Below, in pieces: positions 11,784-24,800 of a stretch of DNA of 64,000 bases. Source of the DNA: Mayamaea pseudoterrestris (lineage: Eukaryota). Each line of letters begins with the position of its first letter. The first letter of the stretch is position 1. The stretch spans positions 372,001 through 436,000 of the forward strand of contig BROI01000012.1 of assembly GCA_027923505.1 (NCBI GenBank). Direction: 5' to 3'. Below the pieces are notes generated by a model. It saw only the letters and a program-made list of their open reading frames with translations. It made no database searches and had not been told where the DNA came from. Made by a program: the position numbers and the translations under genes.

Positions 11784-14040
11784 TCAAGTAACATAAAGCA
11801 TTAATGAGTGACACGTCGGCGACGCCGACGACGTAGATTGACCTTTGCGGCCATGGGCGGGTGGATCCTCAAAGAAGACACCTTCCATTCCATGCTGCGT
11901 CCGCATATGCTGTTGGAGTGAACCTGCAGAGAGATCCTTGCTGCACTCCGGGCAGCTCACGCGTCGGCGTAGCCGATCGCGAAAAGAATCTCCCTCCCCT
12001 GTCATTCGTCTCTTGTACGCGAGATCGGAAATTTGACCACTAATGTAGCCAGGGTAGCAAGTCATCACTTTGGTTTTTGTTGTGTTCGTTTTAAGTCCGA
12101 TGCGCTCAAATAATTCCACCAAGCAGCTAAAAGCCGCCTGTAGAAATTCATGCGAGCGTGATGCTAGGAGGCCATCGTCTGCATAAAACAGCGCCAGGCG
12201 GTCTCGGATGCGAGCTCCAAGACCCTCCAAAACATCGTCATTATTGTCCGAAATCAGCGAAAGCCAATACCGGACAACTGCATCGACCACAATATTGAAA
12301 ATGGTAGGCGAGACAATATCCCCTTGTGTGACGCCACGGCGAGCCGCGAACGGCTCCCCATGAAATCCACCTAGCCTCGCCACCACCTGCTGCCGGTCCC
12401 AAAAGTTACGGAGCAACCGGCACACCTGCGGTCCGACTCCATATCCTTTCAGTATCTCCAATGTTCTGTTGCGATCCAGCGTGTCGTATGCTTTTTGGAG
12501 GTCAATGAAGATCTCGTAAAGCGGCGACTGCTCAATTGCAGCAAGTTGCTGGAGGAGCTTTGCTTCTAGGATAGCGGTAGTTGTGCCACGTTTAGGTCGA
12601 AACCCGTGGAGAGAGTCATGGAAGCTAATTGCCGAGTTGAGCCGAGCATTAATAATGCTTGAGATCACTTTCCAAATAACGTCCAATAGTCCAATCCCCC
12701 GATGGCCTCCGCTGCCCTTTGGGATGAGAACCAAAACGGACCACGTCATTTCTTCAGGGATTTCACCCGTCATAAATGCGTGTTGAACTAGGCCAATTAC
12801 CTTGTCCCAGTTACGCCGGCTTGGGAATTCTTCCCTTTGTGATGCTGCAAGCCACTCCTTGAGGTCCTCTGCACGCAGCCCGGACGGACCTGGCGATTTG
12901 CCAGCTCGAAGGCGTGTGACGGCCGACGCAATTTCCTTCTCGGAAGGCAGATGGTCGCGAACGCGAAATGGTGCAATCATCACAGGAATTGGATCACCTG
13001 GAGGAGGCACCTGCCGATATAAATCAGCAAATTCGCGCGAGACGGTCTGCACATCGAGACGAGAGGGTTTGCTGGGGCGGTCTCCAGCATGGTTATACCA
13101 TGCCTTGATTCGCTCCCATGCCCCCTTAGGATCCTTGGCGGCAAGCCGAGCTTCAATGTCAGCACCAGCTGACCTCACCCAGGCTTTACGGTCGGCTTTA
13201 ATGCCAGCGCATATTTGCCGTGCCAGTCTCCTAGCTTCTGTCTGATCGCAGTTTGGTTGACGTCGGAGCGAGGCTCGCGTGTCAATTAACTGCCAGGTAG
13301 CATCAGAAATCCATGATGTCCGCACCCGAGTCTCCCGAGTAATGACCATCTTTTCCTTCACCAGCTCCCCAAACCAGACATCCGCCTTCGGCTGCGGCCA
13401 GTGGAAATTGCTTTCTACCTTGTAGGTAGTGTCGATGGCTCCGTTGCGGAGCCGACAGCATCTGAGCCCACACCATGAAATGGTCCAAGCTGAAGCATCT
13501 TGGATCCTTGATCTGCACGTTCGTAAACATGCGACGGTCATGGCCCAAAATATAATCACAACGGGAGTCTATACGAAACCCATTGGGTATCATGCTCCAA
13601 GTCTTGCCATGTCGAAAAGACGGGCGCGACTTGAAATGCGGCAGCATATCCTCGAGTCCATTGGCACTGACTGTACCCACGATGTCAGCACCGCGGGCGT
13701 CCCTCGGGGACGCAAGGGCAACATTTAAGTCGCCCAGCACAATTGGGTTTCCACTGGGAAACCGGTCCAATGCAGCTTGAAGATATTCAATAGTTGTGAC
13801 ATCATCGGGCGGAAGATAAACACCGACGAGGGGAATTCGTCGTCGACCTGTTACCAGTTCACAGCTGATAACATTAGGACCGTGTTTAAGAACCGATTCG
13901 ACTTGCCAATAATCCGAATCTCGAAAGACCAAAGCGACGCCCCCTTGATGAGGTGAACGTGCCTCAGTGGCGTACACATGGTACCCTGACGAGAACCGCG
14001 TGTGTATGCCACCAGTGAGCTTGGCCTCCGTAAGGATACG
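11784..14040 (-). mobile_element. Non-LTR retrotransposon (APE endonuclease + RT + C2H2 finger; RTE-group-like), frameshifted and apparently truncated at both ends
   Basis: APE motifs LTEAK, GVYLPP, VLGDLN, CDYIL, LDH in 13303-14040; RT motifs KSPGPSG, LIPKG, HGFRP, FIDLQKAYD, GVTQGDIVSP, YADD in 11784-13400; CPEC-x12-H-x4-H; frame change near 13400. Confidence 0.92.
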
Positions 14041-14464
14041 CTGCCATCAGCGTCTCGCGATTCCATACGCGGAAGCGACTGTCGTCCTTGAGCTCCTTAT
14101 ACGCGTTCATATCAACTTTGATTCGGCTCTCGAAGGAACAACTCGTGCTTGTCGCCAATGGAGTCGCCACGCTATTGCTTGTTTTGCTAATCAGCTTGTC
14201 GATCGTCAGAGTCGCCCAGTCGGCTGCTTTATCCTTGCCGACCGCCCACTTCTTGATGCGAAGAACCATGTTCTCCTCTGGCGGCGAGAATAAGAGACCC
14301 TTGATATCTGCATCAGTAACGAGCATGAGGGACTCTCGATCATTGACACCGATCAACTGGAGAGTCGTGACGATGCTATGAACGTCATACGTTGCATCAT
14401 TGGCCAGATTCATCATTGCCGACAAGCCCATCTTGAGGAAGTTGCTCCGTGTACTTGGAGTCAT
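14041..14464 (-). pseudogene. Truncated Ty1/Copia (CoDi-like) gag
   Basis: FESRIKVDMNAYKELKDDSRFRVWNRETLMAA resembles the conserved diatom Copia gag block; the sequence is cut off by the LINE at ~14040. Confidence 0.7.
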
Positions 14465-14648
14465 CTTTGCAGTTTATGGAACGCTTGCAAGTCGATCCGA
14501 TCGCAGACCCCTTTACTTGAAGGTGCTTCTGCTTTATGCTGCCTCGAGAGTTGCTGCTCTCGTCGACTGCGAAGAAGTTTTGAGGGAAGGAAGGTGATGC
14601 CTTGCGTCCAAAGCTTCACTTTGCAGGATAAAACCAAGACTGTTGATC

Positions 14649-15002
14649 TGTCACACGGCCTCTTTGCAAGATGCTCGACAGTGGTCTTCAATCCTCTGTA
14701 CAATCCTTAAGCAGACCAGAGATGTGCACTTCTCCTTTATTGCTCTCGTATTGCAAGAGGCACGATCTACAACATCAGTAAAACAACGTGATACTATAGA
14801 AAGTGAGTTACCCGCTACAGTCATCTAATCCTGTAGCGTCCGCTAAATTTGTATGTAACTGTCCATGTGCTCCCGTTGAATAGATCCAACAGGCGATCGT
14901 CCTTAATTAACAGGCGATTCACACACGCGCCAGGTATTGATGTATAGCTCATGTCGCATGCGACAAGAGCATTCGAGTATTCAATCATGTTATCAGCTGA
15001 CA
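14649..15002 (-). mobile_element. Putative 5' LTR (354 bp) of the Copia element
   Basis: TGTCA...TGACA inverted termini, internal AATAAA, lies upstream of gag, and abuts satellite sequence exactly at 15003. Confidence 0.7.
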
Positions 15003-15027
15003 AGGGCATGGGGCGTCTGACAGGTCA

Positions 15028-17090
15028 ATGACAACTTGTCACCAGTCTCAGCAAGCAGATGCCGTGACATTCAAAACGCCCCTTCAGCAAGCCCTGTAGG
15101 TGCTCAAAATACACCAGAATGGTGCTAACATCATTATTCAGGCTGCGCTACACGATGGTAGTGTTGGCTGGTGTCTCAGGGGATGGCAATGTATTTGGTG
15201 ACAACTTGTCACCAGTCTCAGCCCGCAGATGCCGTGACATTCACACGCCCCCTACAACAAGCCCTGTAGGTGCCCAAAAGGCACCATAATGGTGCCAACA
15301 TCATTATTCAGGCTGCGCTGCAAGATGGTAGGCTTGGATGGTGTCTCAGGGGATGGCAATGTATTTGGTGACAACTTGTCACCAGTCTCAGCCCGCAGAA
15401 GCCGTGACATTCAAACACCCCTACAGCAAGCCCTGTAGGTGCCTAAAATACACCAGAATGGTGTCAATATCATTGTTCAGGCTGCGCTACAAGATGGTAG
15501 GCTTGGCTGGTGTCTCAGGGGATGGCAATGTATTCAGTGACAACTTGTCACCAGTCTCAGCCCGCAGATGCCGTGACATTCAAACGCCCCTACATCAAGC
15601 CCTGTAGGTGCCCAAAATACACCAGAGTGGTGCCAACATCATTGTTCAGGCTGCGCTACAAGATGGTAGGCTTGGCTGGTGTCTCAGGGGATGGCAATGT
15701 ATTTGGTGACAACTTGTCACCAGTCTCAGCCCACAGATGCCATGTCATTCAAACGCCCCTACAGCAAGCCCTGTAGGTGCCCAAAATACACCCGAATGGT
15801 GCCCACATCAGTATTCAGGCGGCGCTACAAGATGGTAGTCTTGGCTGGTGTCTCAGGGGATGACAATGTATTTGGTGTCAACTTGTCACCAGTCTCATTC
15901 TGCAGATGCCGTGACATTCAAACACCCCTACAGCAAGCCCTGTAGGTGCCCAAAATACACCAGAATGGTGTCAACATCATTATTCAGGCGGCACTACAAG
16001 ATGGTAGTGTTGGCTGGTGTCTCAGGGGATGGCAATGTATTTGGTGACAACTTGTCACCAGTCTCAGCCCGCAGATGCCGTGACATTCAAATGCCCCTAC
16101 AGCAAGCCCTGTAGGTGCCCAAAATACACCAGATTGGTGTCAACATCCTTTTTCAGGCTGCGCTACAAGATGGTAGGCTTGGCTGGTGTCTCAGGGGATG
16201 ACAATGTATTTGGTGACAACTTATCACCAGTCTCAGCCGGCAAATGCCATGACATTCAAACGCCCCTACAGCAAGCCCTGTAGGTGCCCAAAATACACCA
16301 GAATGGTGCCAACATCATTATTCAGGCTGCGCTACAAGATGGTAGTCTTGGCTGGTGTCTCAGGGGATGGCAATGTATTTGGTGACAACTTGTCACCAGT
16401 CTCAGCCCGCAGATGCCATGACATTCAAACACCCCTACAGCACGCCCTGTAGGTGCCCAAAATACTCCAGAATGGTGCCAACATCATTATTCAGGCTGCG
16501 CTACAAGATGGTAGGCTTGGCTGGTGTCTCAGGGGATGGCAATGTATTTGATGACAACTTGTCACCAGTCTCAGCCCGCAGATGCCATCACATTCAAATG
16601 CCCCTACCCCCTACAGCAAGCCCTGTAGGTGCCCAAAATACACCAGAATGGTGCCAACATCATTATTCAGGCTGCGCTACAAGATGGTAGTCTTGGCTGG
16701 TGTCTCAGGGGATGGCAATGTATTTGGTGACAACTTGTCACCAGTCTCAGCCCGCAGATGCCATGACATTCAAACACCCCTACAGCAAGCCCTGTAGGTG
16801 CCCAAAATACACCAGAATGGTGCCAACATCATTATTCAGGCTGCGCTACAAGATGGTAGGCTTGGCTGGTGTCTCAGGGGATGGCAATGTATTTGATGAC
16901 AACTTGTCACCAGTCTCAGCCCGCAGATGCCATCACATTCAAATGCCCCTACCCCCTACAGCAAGCCCTGTAGGTGCCCAAAATACTCCAGAATGGTGCC
17001 AACATCCTTATTCAGTCTGCGCTACAAGATGGTATGCTTGGCTGGTGTCTCAGGGGATGGCAATGTATTTGGTGACAACTTGTCACCAGT
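15028..17090 (+). repeat. Satellite A (169-bp monomer), block 1, ~12 copies
   Basis: Period 169 (homologous positions 15510, 15679, 15848, 16017, 16186, 16355). Confidence 0.97.
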
Positions 17091-19282
17091 CTCATAATTT
17101 AGGGTGTTGGCCACCCCCAGCCTGCAGACCATTCCATGCTGTAGGCCTCCAGGCAGTCCGTTTTGCACCATGTCAGACCATCCTCATGTCAATGGCACAC
17201 CCTGGACATGTTTTGCCTGACTCATTGGTTTGTTGGGTGATCAGGGCACGGGGCATTATGATTCCATAATTTGGGGTGTTGGCCACCCCCATCCTGCAGA
17301 CCATTCCGTGGTGTAGGCTTCCAGGCAGTCCATTTTGCACCATTTCAGACCATCCTCATGTCAATGTTACACCCTGGACATGTTTTGCCTGACTCATTGG
17401 GTTGTTGGGTGATCAGGGCACGGGGCATTGTATTGGTATGATTCCATAATATGGGGTGTTGGCCACCCCCAGCCTGCAGACCATTCCATGGTGTAGGCTT
17501 CCAGGCAGTCCGTTTTGCACCATTTTAGACCATCCTCATGTCCATGGCACACCCTGGACATGTTTTACCTGACTCATTGGGTTGTTGGGTGGCCAGGGCA
17601 CGGGGCATTGTAGTGGTATGATTCCATAATTCGGGGTGTTGGCCACACCCATCCTGCAGACCATTCCAGGGTGTAGGCCTCCAGGCAGTCCGTTTTGCAC
17701 CACTTCAGACAATCCTCATGTCAATGGCACACCCTAGACAAGTTTTGCTTGACTCATTGGGTTGTTGGGTGATCAGGGCATGGGGCATTGTAGTGGTATG
17801 ATTTCATAATTCGGGGTGTTGGCCACACCCATCTTGCAGACCATTCCAGGGTGTAGGCCTCCAGGCAGTCCATTATGCACCATGTCAGACCATCCTCATG
17901 TCAATGGCACACCCTGGACATGTTTTGCCTGACTCATTGGGTTGTTGGGTGATCAGGGCACGGGGCATTGTAGTGGTATGATTCCATAATTTGTGGTGTT
18001 GGCCACTCCCAGCCTGCAGACCATTCCATAGTGTAGGCCTCCCGGCAGTCCGTTTCGCACCATGTCAGACCATCCTCATGTCAATGGCACACCCTGGACA
18101 TGTTTTGCCTGACTCATTGGGTTGTTGGGTGACCAGGGCACGGGGCATTGTAGTGGTATGATTCCATAATTTAAGTTGTTGGCCACACCTATCTTGGAGA
18201 CCATTCCGTGGTGTAGACCTCCCCGCAGTTCGTTTTGCACCATGTTAGATCATTTACATGTAAATGACACACCCTGGACATGTTTTGCCTGACTTATTGG
18301 GTATTTGGGTGGCCAGGGCATGGGGCATTTGACAGGTCAGAATCTACAACTTGTGGTGTTGGCCATAACCACAGTGGAGGCCATACCCATGGTGTCAGCC
18401 TCCAGGCAGTCCTTTTTGCACCATTTGTGACTCTGCACCTGCCAATGGCATACTTTGACATGTTTTGCCTGACTCATAGGGTATTTGGGTGGTTAGGGCA
18501 TGAAGTGTTTGACAGGTCAGAATCTACATTTTGTGGTGTTGGCCATACCCACAGTGGAGGCCGTACCCATGGTGTATGCCTCCAGGCAGTCCTTTTTGCA
18601 CCATTTGAGACTCTGCACCTGTCAATGGCATACCCTGTACATGTTTTGCCTGATTCATTCGGTATTTGGGTGGCCAGGGCATGGGGCGTTTGACAGGTCA
18701 GAATCTACAACTTGTGGTGTTGGCCATACCCACAGTGGAGGCCGTACCCATGGTGTCAGCCTCCAGGCAGTCCTTTTTGCACCATTTGAGACTCTGCACC
18801 TGTCAATGGCATACCCTGGACATGTTTTGCCTGACTCATTCGGTATTTGGGTGGCCAGGGCATGGGGCGTTTGACAGGTCAGAATCTACAACTTGTGGTG
18901 TTGGCCATACCCACAGTGGGGGCCGTACCCATGGTGACAGCCTCCAGGCAGTCCTTTTTGCACCATTTGTGACTCTGCACCTGTCCAAGGCATACCCTGG
19001 ACATGTTTTGCTTGACTCATTGGGTGTTTGGGTGGCCAGGGCATGGGGCATTTGACATGTCAATTGCAACTTGTCACCAGTCTCAGCCAGCAGATGTCGT
19101 GACATTCAAATGCCCCTACAGCAAGCCCTGTAGGTGCCCAAAATACACCCCATGGTGTCAGCCTTTAGTCATTCCTTTTTGCATCATTTGAGACTCTGCA
19201 CCTATCCATGGCATACCCTGGAATGTTTTGCCTGACTCATTGGTTATTTGGGTGGCCAGAGCATGGGGCGTTTGACAGGTCA
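17091..19282 (+). repeat. Satellite B (subtype B1 180 bp, then B2 181 bp), block 1, ~12 copies with a short A fragment at ~19065-19150
   Basis: ggccac(c/a)ccc at 17281, 17461, 17641, 17821; B2 carries gtttgacaggtcagaatctacaacttgtgg. Confidence 0.97.
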
Positions 19283-22200
19283 ATGACAACTTGTCACCAG
19301 TCTCAGCCCGCAGCAGATGCTGCCATGACATTCAAATGTCCTTATCCAGGCTACGCTACAAGATGGTAGGCTTGGCTGGTGTCTCAGGGGATGGCAATGT
19401 ATTTGGTGACAACTTGTCACGAGTCTCAGCCCGCAGATGCCGTGACATTCAAATGCCCCTACAGCATGCCCTGTAGGTCTCCAAAAGACACCAGATTGGT
19501 GTCAACTTCATTATTCAGGCTACGCTACAAGATGGTAGGATTGGCTGGTGTCTCAGGGGATGGCAATGTATTTGGTGACCATTTGTCACCAGTCTCAGCC
19601 CGCAGAAGCCGTGACATTCAAACACCCCTACAGCAAGCCCTGTAGGGGCCTAAAATACACCAGAATGGTGTCAATATCATTGTTCAGGCTGCGCTACAAG
19701 ATGGTAGGCTTGACTGGTGTCTCAGGGGATGGCAATGTGTTTGGTGACAACTTGTCACCAGTCTCAGCCCACAGATGCCATGACATTCAAATGCCTCTAC
19801 AGCAAGCCCTGTAGGTGCCCAAAATACTCCAGAATGGTGCCAACATCATCTTTCACGCTGCGGTACAAGATGGTAGGCTTGGTTGGTGTCTCAGGGGATG
19901 GCAATGTATTTGGTGACAACTTGTCACCAGTCCCAGCCCGCAGATGCCGTGACATTCAAACACCCCTACAGCAAGCCCTGTAGGTGCTCAAAAATGCACC
20001 AGATTGGTGTCAACTTCATTCATCAGGCTGCGCTACAAGATGGAAGGCTTGGCTGGTGTCTCAGGGGATGGCAATGTATTTGGTGACAACTTGTCACCAG
20101 TCTCAGCCCGCAGATGCTGTGACATTCAAACGTCCCTACAGCAAGCCCTGTAGGTGCCCAAAATACACCAGAATGGTGCCAACATCATTGATCAGGCTGC
20201 GCTACAAGATGGTAGTCTTGGCTGGTGTCTCAGAGGATGGCAATGTATTTGGTGACAACTTGTCACCAGTCTCAGCCCGCAGATGCCTTGACATTCAAAT
20301 GCCCCTACAGCAAGCCCTGTAGGTGCCCAAAATACACCAGAATGGTGCCAACATCCTTCTTCAGGCTGAGCTCCAAGATGGTAGGCTTGGCTGGTGTCTC
20401 AGGGGATGGCAATGTATTTGGTGACAACTTGTCACCAGTCTCAGCCAGCAGATGCCATGACATTCAAACACCCATACAGAGAGCCCTGTAGGTGCCCAAA
20501 ATACTCCAGAATGGTGCCAACATCATTACTCAGGCTGCGCTACAAGATGGTAGGCTTGGCTGGTGTCTCAGGGGATGGCAATGTATTTGGTGACAGCTTG
20601 TCACCAGTCTCAGCCCGCAGATGCCATGACATTCAAACGCCCCTACAGCAAGATCTGTAGGTGCCCAAAATACACCAGAATGGTGCCAACATCATTCTTC
20701 AGGCTACGCTACAAGACGGTAGGCTTGGCTGGTGTCTCAGGGGATGGCAATGTATTTGGTGACAACTTGTCACCAGTCTCAGCCCGCAGATGCTGTGACA
20801 TTCAAACACCCATACAGCAAGCCCTGTAGGTGCCCAAAATACTCCAGAATGGTGCCAACATCATTACTCAGGCTGCGCTACAAGATGGTAGGCTTGGCTG
20901 GTGTCTCAGGGGATGGCAATGTATTTGGTGACAACTTGTCACCAGTCACAGCCCGCTGACAAGTCGCAGAGCGGCGAAGTCAAGATCCCGAACCCTAAAT
21001 AGCTTGTGTAAAGTCCGCAGCGCATCGTATGTGACATGTGAATGAAGAAAGTGCACAACCGAAATGTGGATGCATTGTATGAATGGAACAACTGATTACG
21101 ACTGATGGAATGTAATTGAAAGAAACGGATTGATCAGATGATCTTCCGAGTGGTCGATGGTAGTGATGTAGCGATAAGCTCACAATAAAGAACTACTGTT
21201 TTGCAATGAGAGTGCAGTCGTATTTGTGTAGTGACAAGCAAGACTATTCATTGAGGCATCTCCATCAAGAGCTATACAGACCATGGCCAAGGACCCTGTA
21301 TCGGAGCTTTTTGGTGGTAAGATGTTGACTGCGAAATCTTCAACGGTGATACCCACAGATGCCGTGTTATTCAAACGCCCCTACAGCAAGCCCTGTAGGT
21401 GCCCAAAATACACCAGAATGTTGCCAACATCGTTATTCAGGCAGCGCTACAAGATGATAGGCTTGGCTGGTGTCTCAGGGGATGGCAATGTATGTGGTGA
21501 CAACTTGTCACCAGGCTCAGCCCGCAGATGCCGTGACATTCAAATACCCCTACAGCAAGCCCTGTAGGTGCCCAAAATACTCCAGAATGATGACAACATT
21601 ATTATTCAGGCTGCGCTACATGATGGTAGGCTTGGCTGGTGTCTTAGGGGATGGCAATGTATTTGGTGACAACTTGTCACCAGTCTCAGCTCGCAGATGC
21701 CGTGTAATTCAAATGCCCTACGTCTGTAGGTGCCCAAAATACACCAGAATGGTGCCAACATCATTTATCAGGCTGCGCTACAAGATGGTAGGCTTGGTTG
21801 GTGTCTCAGGGGATGGCAATGTATTTGGTGACGACTTGTCACCAGTCTCAGCCCGCAGATGCCGTAACATTCAAATGCCCCTACAGCCCTGTAGGTGCCC
21901 AAAATACAACAGAATGGTGTCAACATCATTATTCAGGCTGCGCTACAAGATGGTAGGCTTGGCTGGTGTCTCAGGGGATGGCAATGTATTTGGTGACAAC
22001 TTGTCACCAGTCTCAGCCCGCAGATGCCATGACATTCAAACGCCCCTACAGCAAGCCCTGTAGGTGCCCAAAATACTCCAGAATGATGACAACATTATTA
22101 TTCAGGCTGCGCTACATGATGGTAGGCTTGGCTGGTGTCTTAGGGGATGGCAATGTATTTGGTGACAACTTGTCACCAGTCTCAGCTCGCAGATGCCGTG

Positions 22201-23028
22201 TAATTCAAATGCCCCTACAGCAAGTTCTGTAGGTGCCCAAAATACACCAGAATGGTGCCAACATCATTTATCAGGCTGCGCTACAAGATGGTAGGCTTGG
22301 TTGGTGTCTCAGGGGATGGCAATGTATTTGGTGACAACTTGTCACCAGTCTCAGCCCGCAGATGCCGTAACATTCAAACGCCCCTACAGCAAGCCCTGTA
22401 GGTGCCCAAAATACTCCAGAATGATGCCAACATCATTATTCAGGCTGCGCTACAAGATGGTAGGCTTGGATGGCGTCTCAGGGGATGGCAATGCATTTGG
22501 TGACATCTTGTCACAAGTCTCAGCCCGCAGATGCCGTGACATTCAAACACACCTACAGCAGGCCCTGTAGGTGCCCAAAATACACCAGTATGGTTCCAAC
22601 ATCGGTTTTGAGGCTGCGCTACAAGATGGTAGGCTTGGCTGGTGTCTTAGGGGATGGCAATGTATTTGGTGACAACTTGTCACCAGTCTCAGCCCGCAGA
22701 TGCCGTGACATTCAAAAACCCCTACAGCAAGCCCTGTAGGTGCCCAAAATACAACAGAATAGTGCCAACATCATTATTCAGGCTGAGCTACAAGATGGTA
22801 GGCTTGGCGGGTGTCTCAGGGGATGGCAATGTATTTGGTGACAACTTGTCACCAGTCTCAGCCCGCAGATGCCGTGACATTCAAACGCCCCTACAGCAAG
22901 CCCTGTAGGTGCCCAAAATACACCAGAATGGTACCAACATCCTTATTCATGCTGCGCTACAAAATGATTGGCTTGACTGGTGTCTCAGGGGATGGCAATG
23001 TATTTGGTGACAACTTGTCACCAGTCTT
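19283..23028 (+). repeat. Satellite A block 2, ~20 copies, interrupted by a solo LTR
   Basis: Same 169-bp monomer. Confidence 0.97.
20957..21351. mobile_element. Putative solo LTR (395 bp) inserted in a satellite A monomer
   Basis: Unique sequence TGACA...TGATA flanked by cccgc/cccac (5-bp target duplication with one mismatch); AATAAA at ~21184; the monomer resumes in register. Confidence 0.72.
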
Positions 23029-24800
23029 ATAATTTATGGTGTTGGCCACCCCCATCCTGCAGACCATTCCATGGTGTAGGCCTCCCGGCAGTCCGTTTTG
23101 CACCATTTCAGAACATCCTCATGTCAATGGCATACCCTGGACATGTTTTGCCTGACTCATTGGGTTGTTGTGTGGCCAGGGCACGGGGCAGTGTAGTGGT
23201 ATGATTCCATAATTTGGGGTGTTGGCCACCCATCCTGCAGACCATTCCATGGTGTAGGCCTCCCGGCAGTCCGTTTTGCACCATGTCAGACAATCCTCAT
23301 GTCAATGGCACACCCTGGACATGTTTTGCCGGACTCATTGGGTTGTTGGGTGATCAGGGCACGGGGCATTGTAGTGGTATGATTTCATTATTTCTGGTGT
23401 TGGCCACACCCATTCTGCAGACCATTCCATGGTGTAGGCCTCCCGGCAGTCCGTTTTGCACCATTTCAGAACATCCTCATGTCAATGGCATACCCTGGAC
23501 ATGTTTTGCCTGACTCATTGGGTATTTGGGTGGCCAGGGCATGGGGCGTTTGACAGGGAAGAATCTGCAACTTGTGGTGTTGGACATATCCACATTGGAG
23601 GCCGTACCCATGGTGTCACCCTCCAGGCAGTCCTTTTTGCACCATTTGAGACTCTGCACCTGTCAATTACATACCCTGGACATGTTTTCCCTGACTCATT
23701 GGGTAATTGGGTGGCCAGGGCATGGGGCGTTTGACAGGGAAGAATCTGCAACTTGTGGTGTTGGCCATACCCACAGTGGAGGCCGTACCCATGGTGTCAG
23801 CCTCCAGGCAGTCCTTTTTTGCACCATTTGAGACTCTGCACCTGTCAATGGCATACCCTGGACATGTTTTGCCTGACTCATTGGGTATTTGGGTGGCCAG
23901 GGCATGGGGCGTTTGACAGGGAAGAATCTGCAACTTGTGGTGTTGGCCATACCCACAGTGGAGGCCATACCCATGGTGTCAGCCTCCAGGCAGTCCTTTT
24001 TGCACCATTTGAGACTCTGCACCTGTCAATGGCATACCCTGGACATGTTTTGCCTGACTCATTGGGTATTTGGGTGGCCAGGGCATGGGGCGTTTGACAG
24101 GGAAGAATCTGCAACTTGTGGTGTTGGCCATACCCACAGTGGAGGCCGTACCCATGGTGTTAGCCTCCAGGCAGTCCTTTTTGCACCATTTGAGACTTTG
24201 CACCCATACCCTGGACATGTTTTGCCCGAAACATTGGGTATTTGGGTGGCCAGGGCATGGGGCGTTTGACAGGGAAGAATCTGCAACTTGTGGTGTTGGC
24301 CATACCCACAGTGGAGGCCGTACCCATGGTGTTAGCCTCCAGGCAGTCCTTTTTGCACCATTTGAGACTTTGCACCCATACCCTGGACATGTTTTGCCCG
24401 AAACATTGGGTATTTGGGTGGCCAGGGCATGGGGCGTTTGACAGGGAAGAATCTGCAACTTGTGGTGTTGGCCATACCCACAGTGGAGGCCGTACCCATG
24501 GTGTTAGCCTCCAGGCAGTCCTTTTTGCACCATTTGAGACTTTGCACCCATACCCTGGACATGTTTTGCCCGAAACATTGGGTATTTGGGTGGCCAGGGC
24601 ATGGGGCGTTTGACAGGGAAGAATCTGCAACTTGTGGTGTTGGCCATACCCACAGTGGAGGCCGTAACATGCTGTCAGCCTCCAGGCAGTCCTTTTTGCA
24701 CCATTTGAGACTCTGCGCCTGTCAATAGCATACCCTGGACATGTTTTGCCTGACTCATTGGGTATTTGGGTGACCAGAGCATGGGGCGTTTGACAGGTCA
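23029..24800 (+). repeat. Satellite B block 2 (B1 then B2, including 172-bp variants), ~10 copies
   Basis: Same monomer; period 172 at 24070/24242/24414. Confidence 0.97.

Noticed and set aside
20991..21000. Telomere-like aaccctaaa
   Set aside because: Single copy inside the solo LTR; expected by chance
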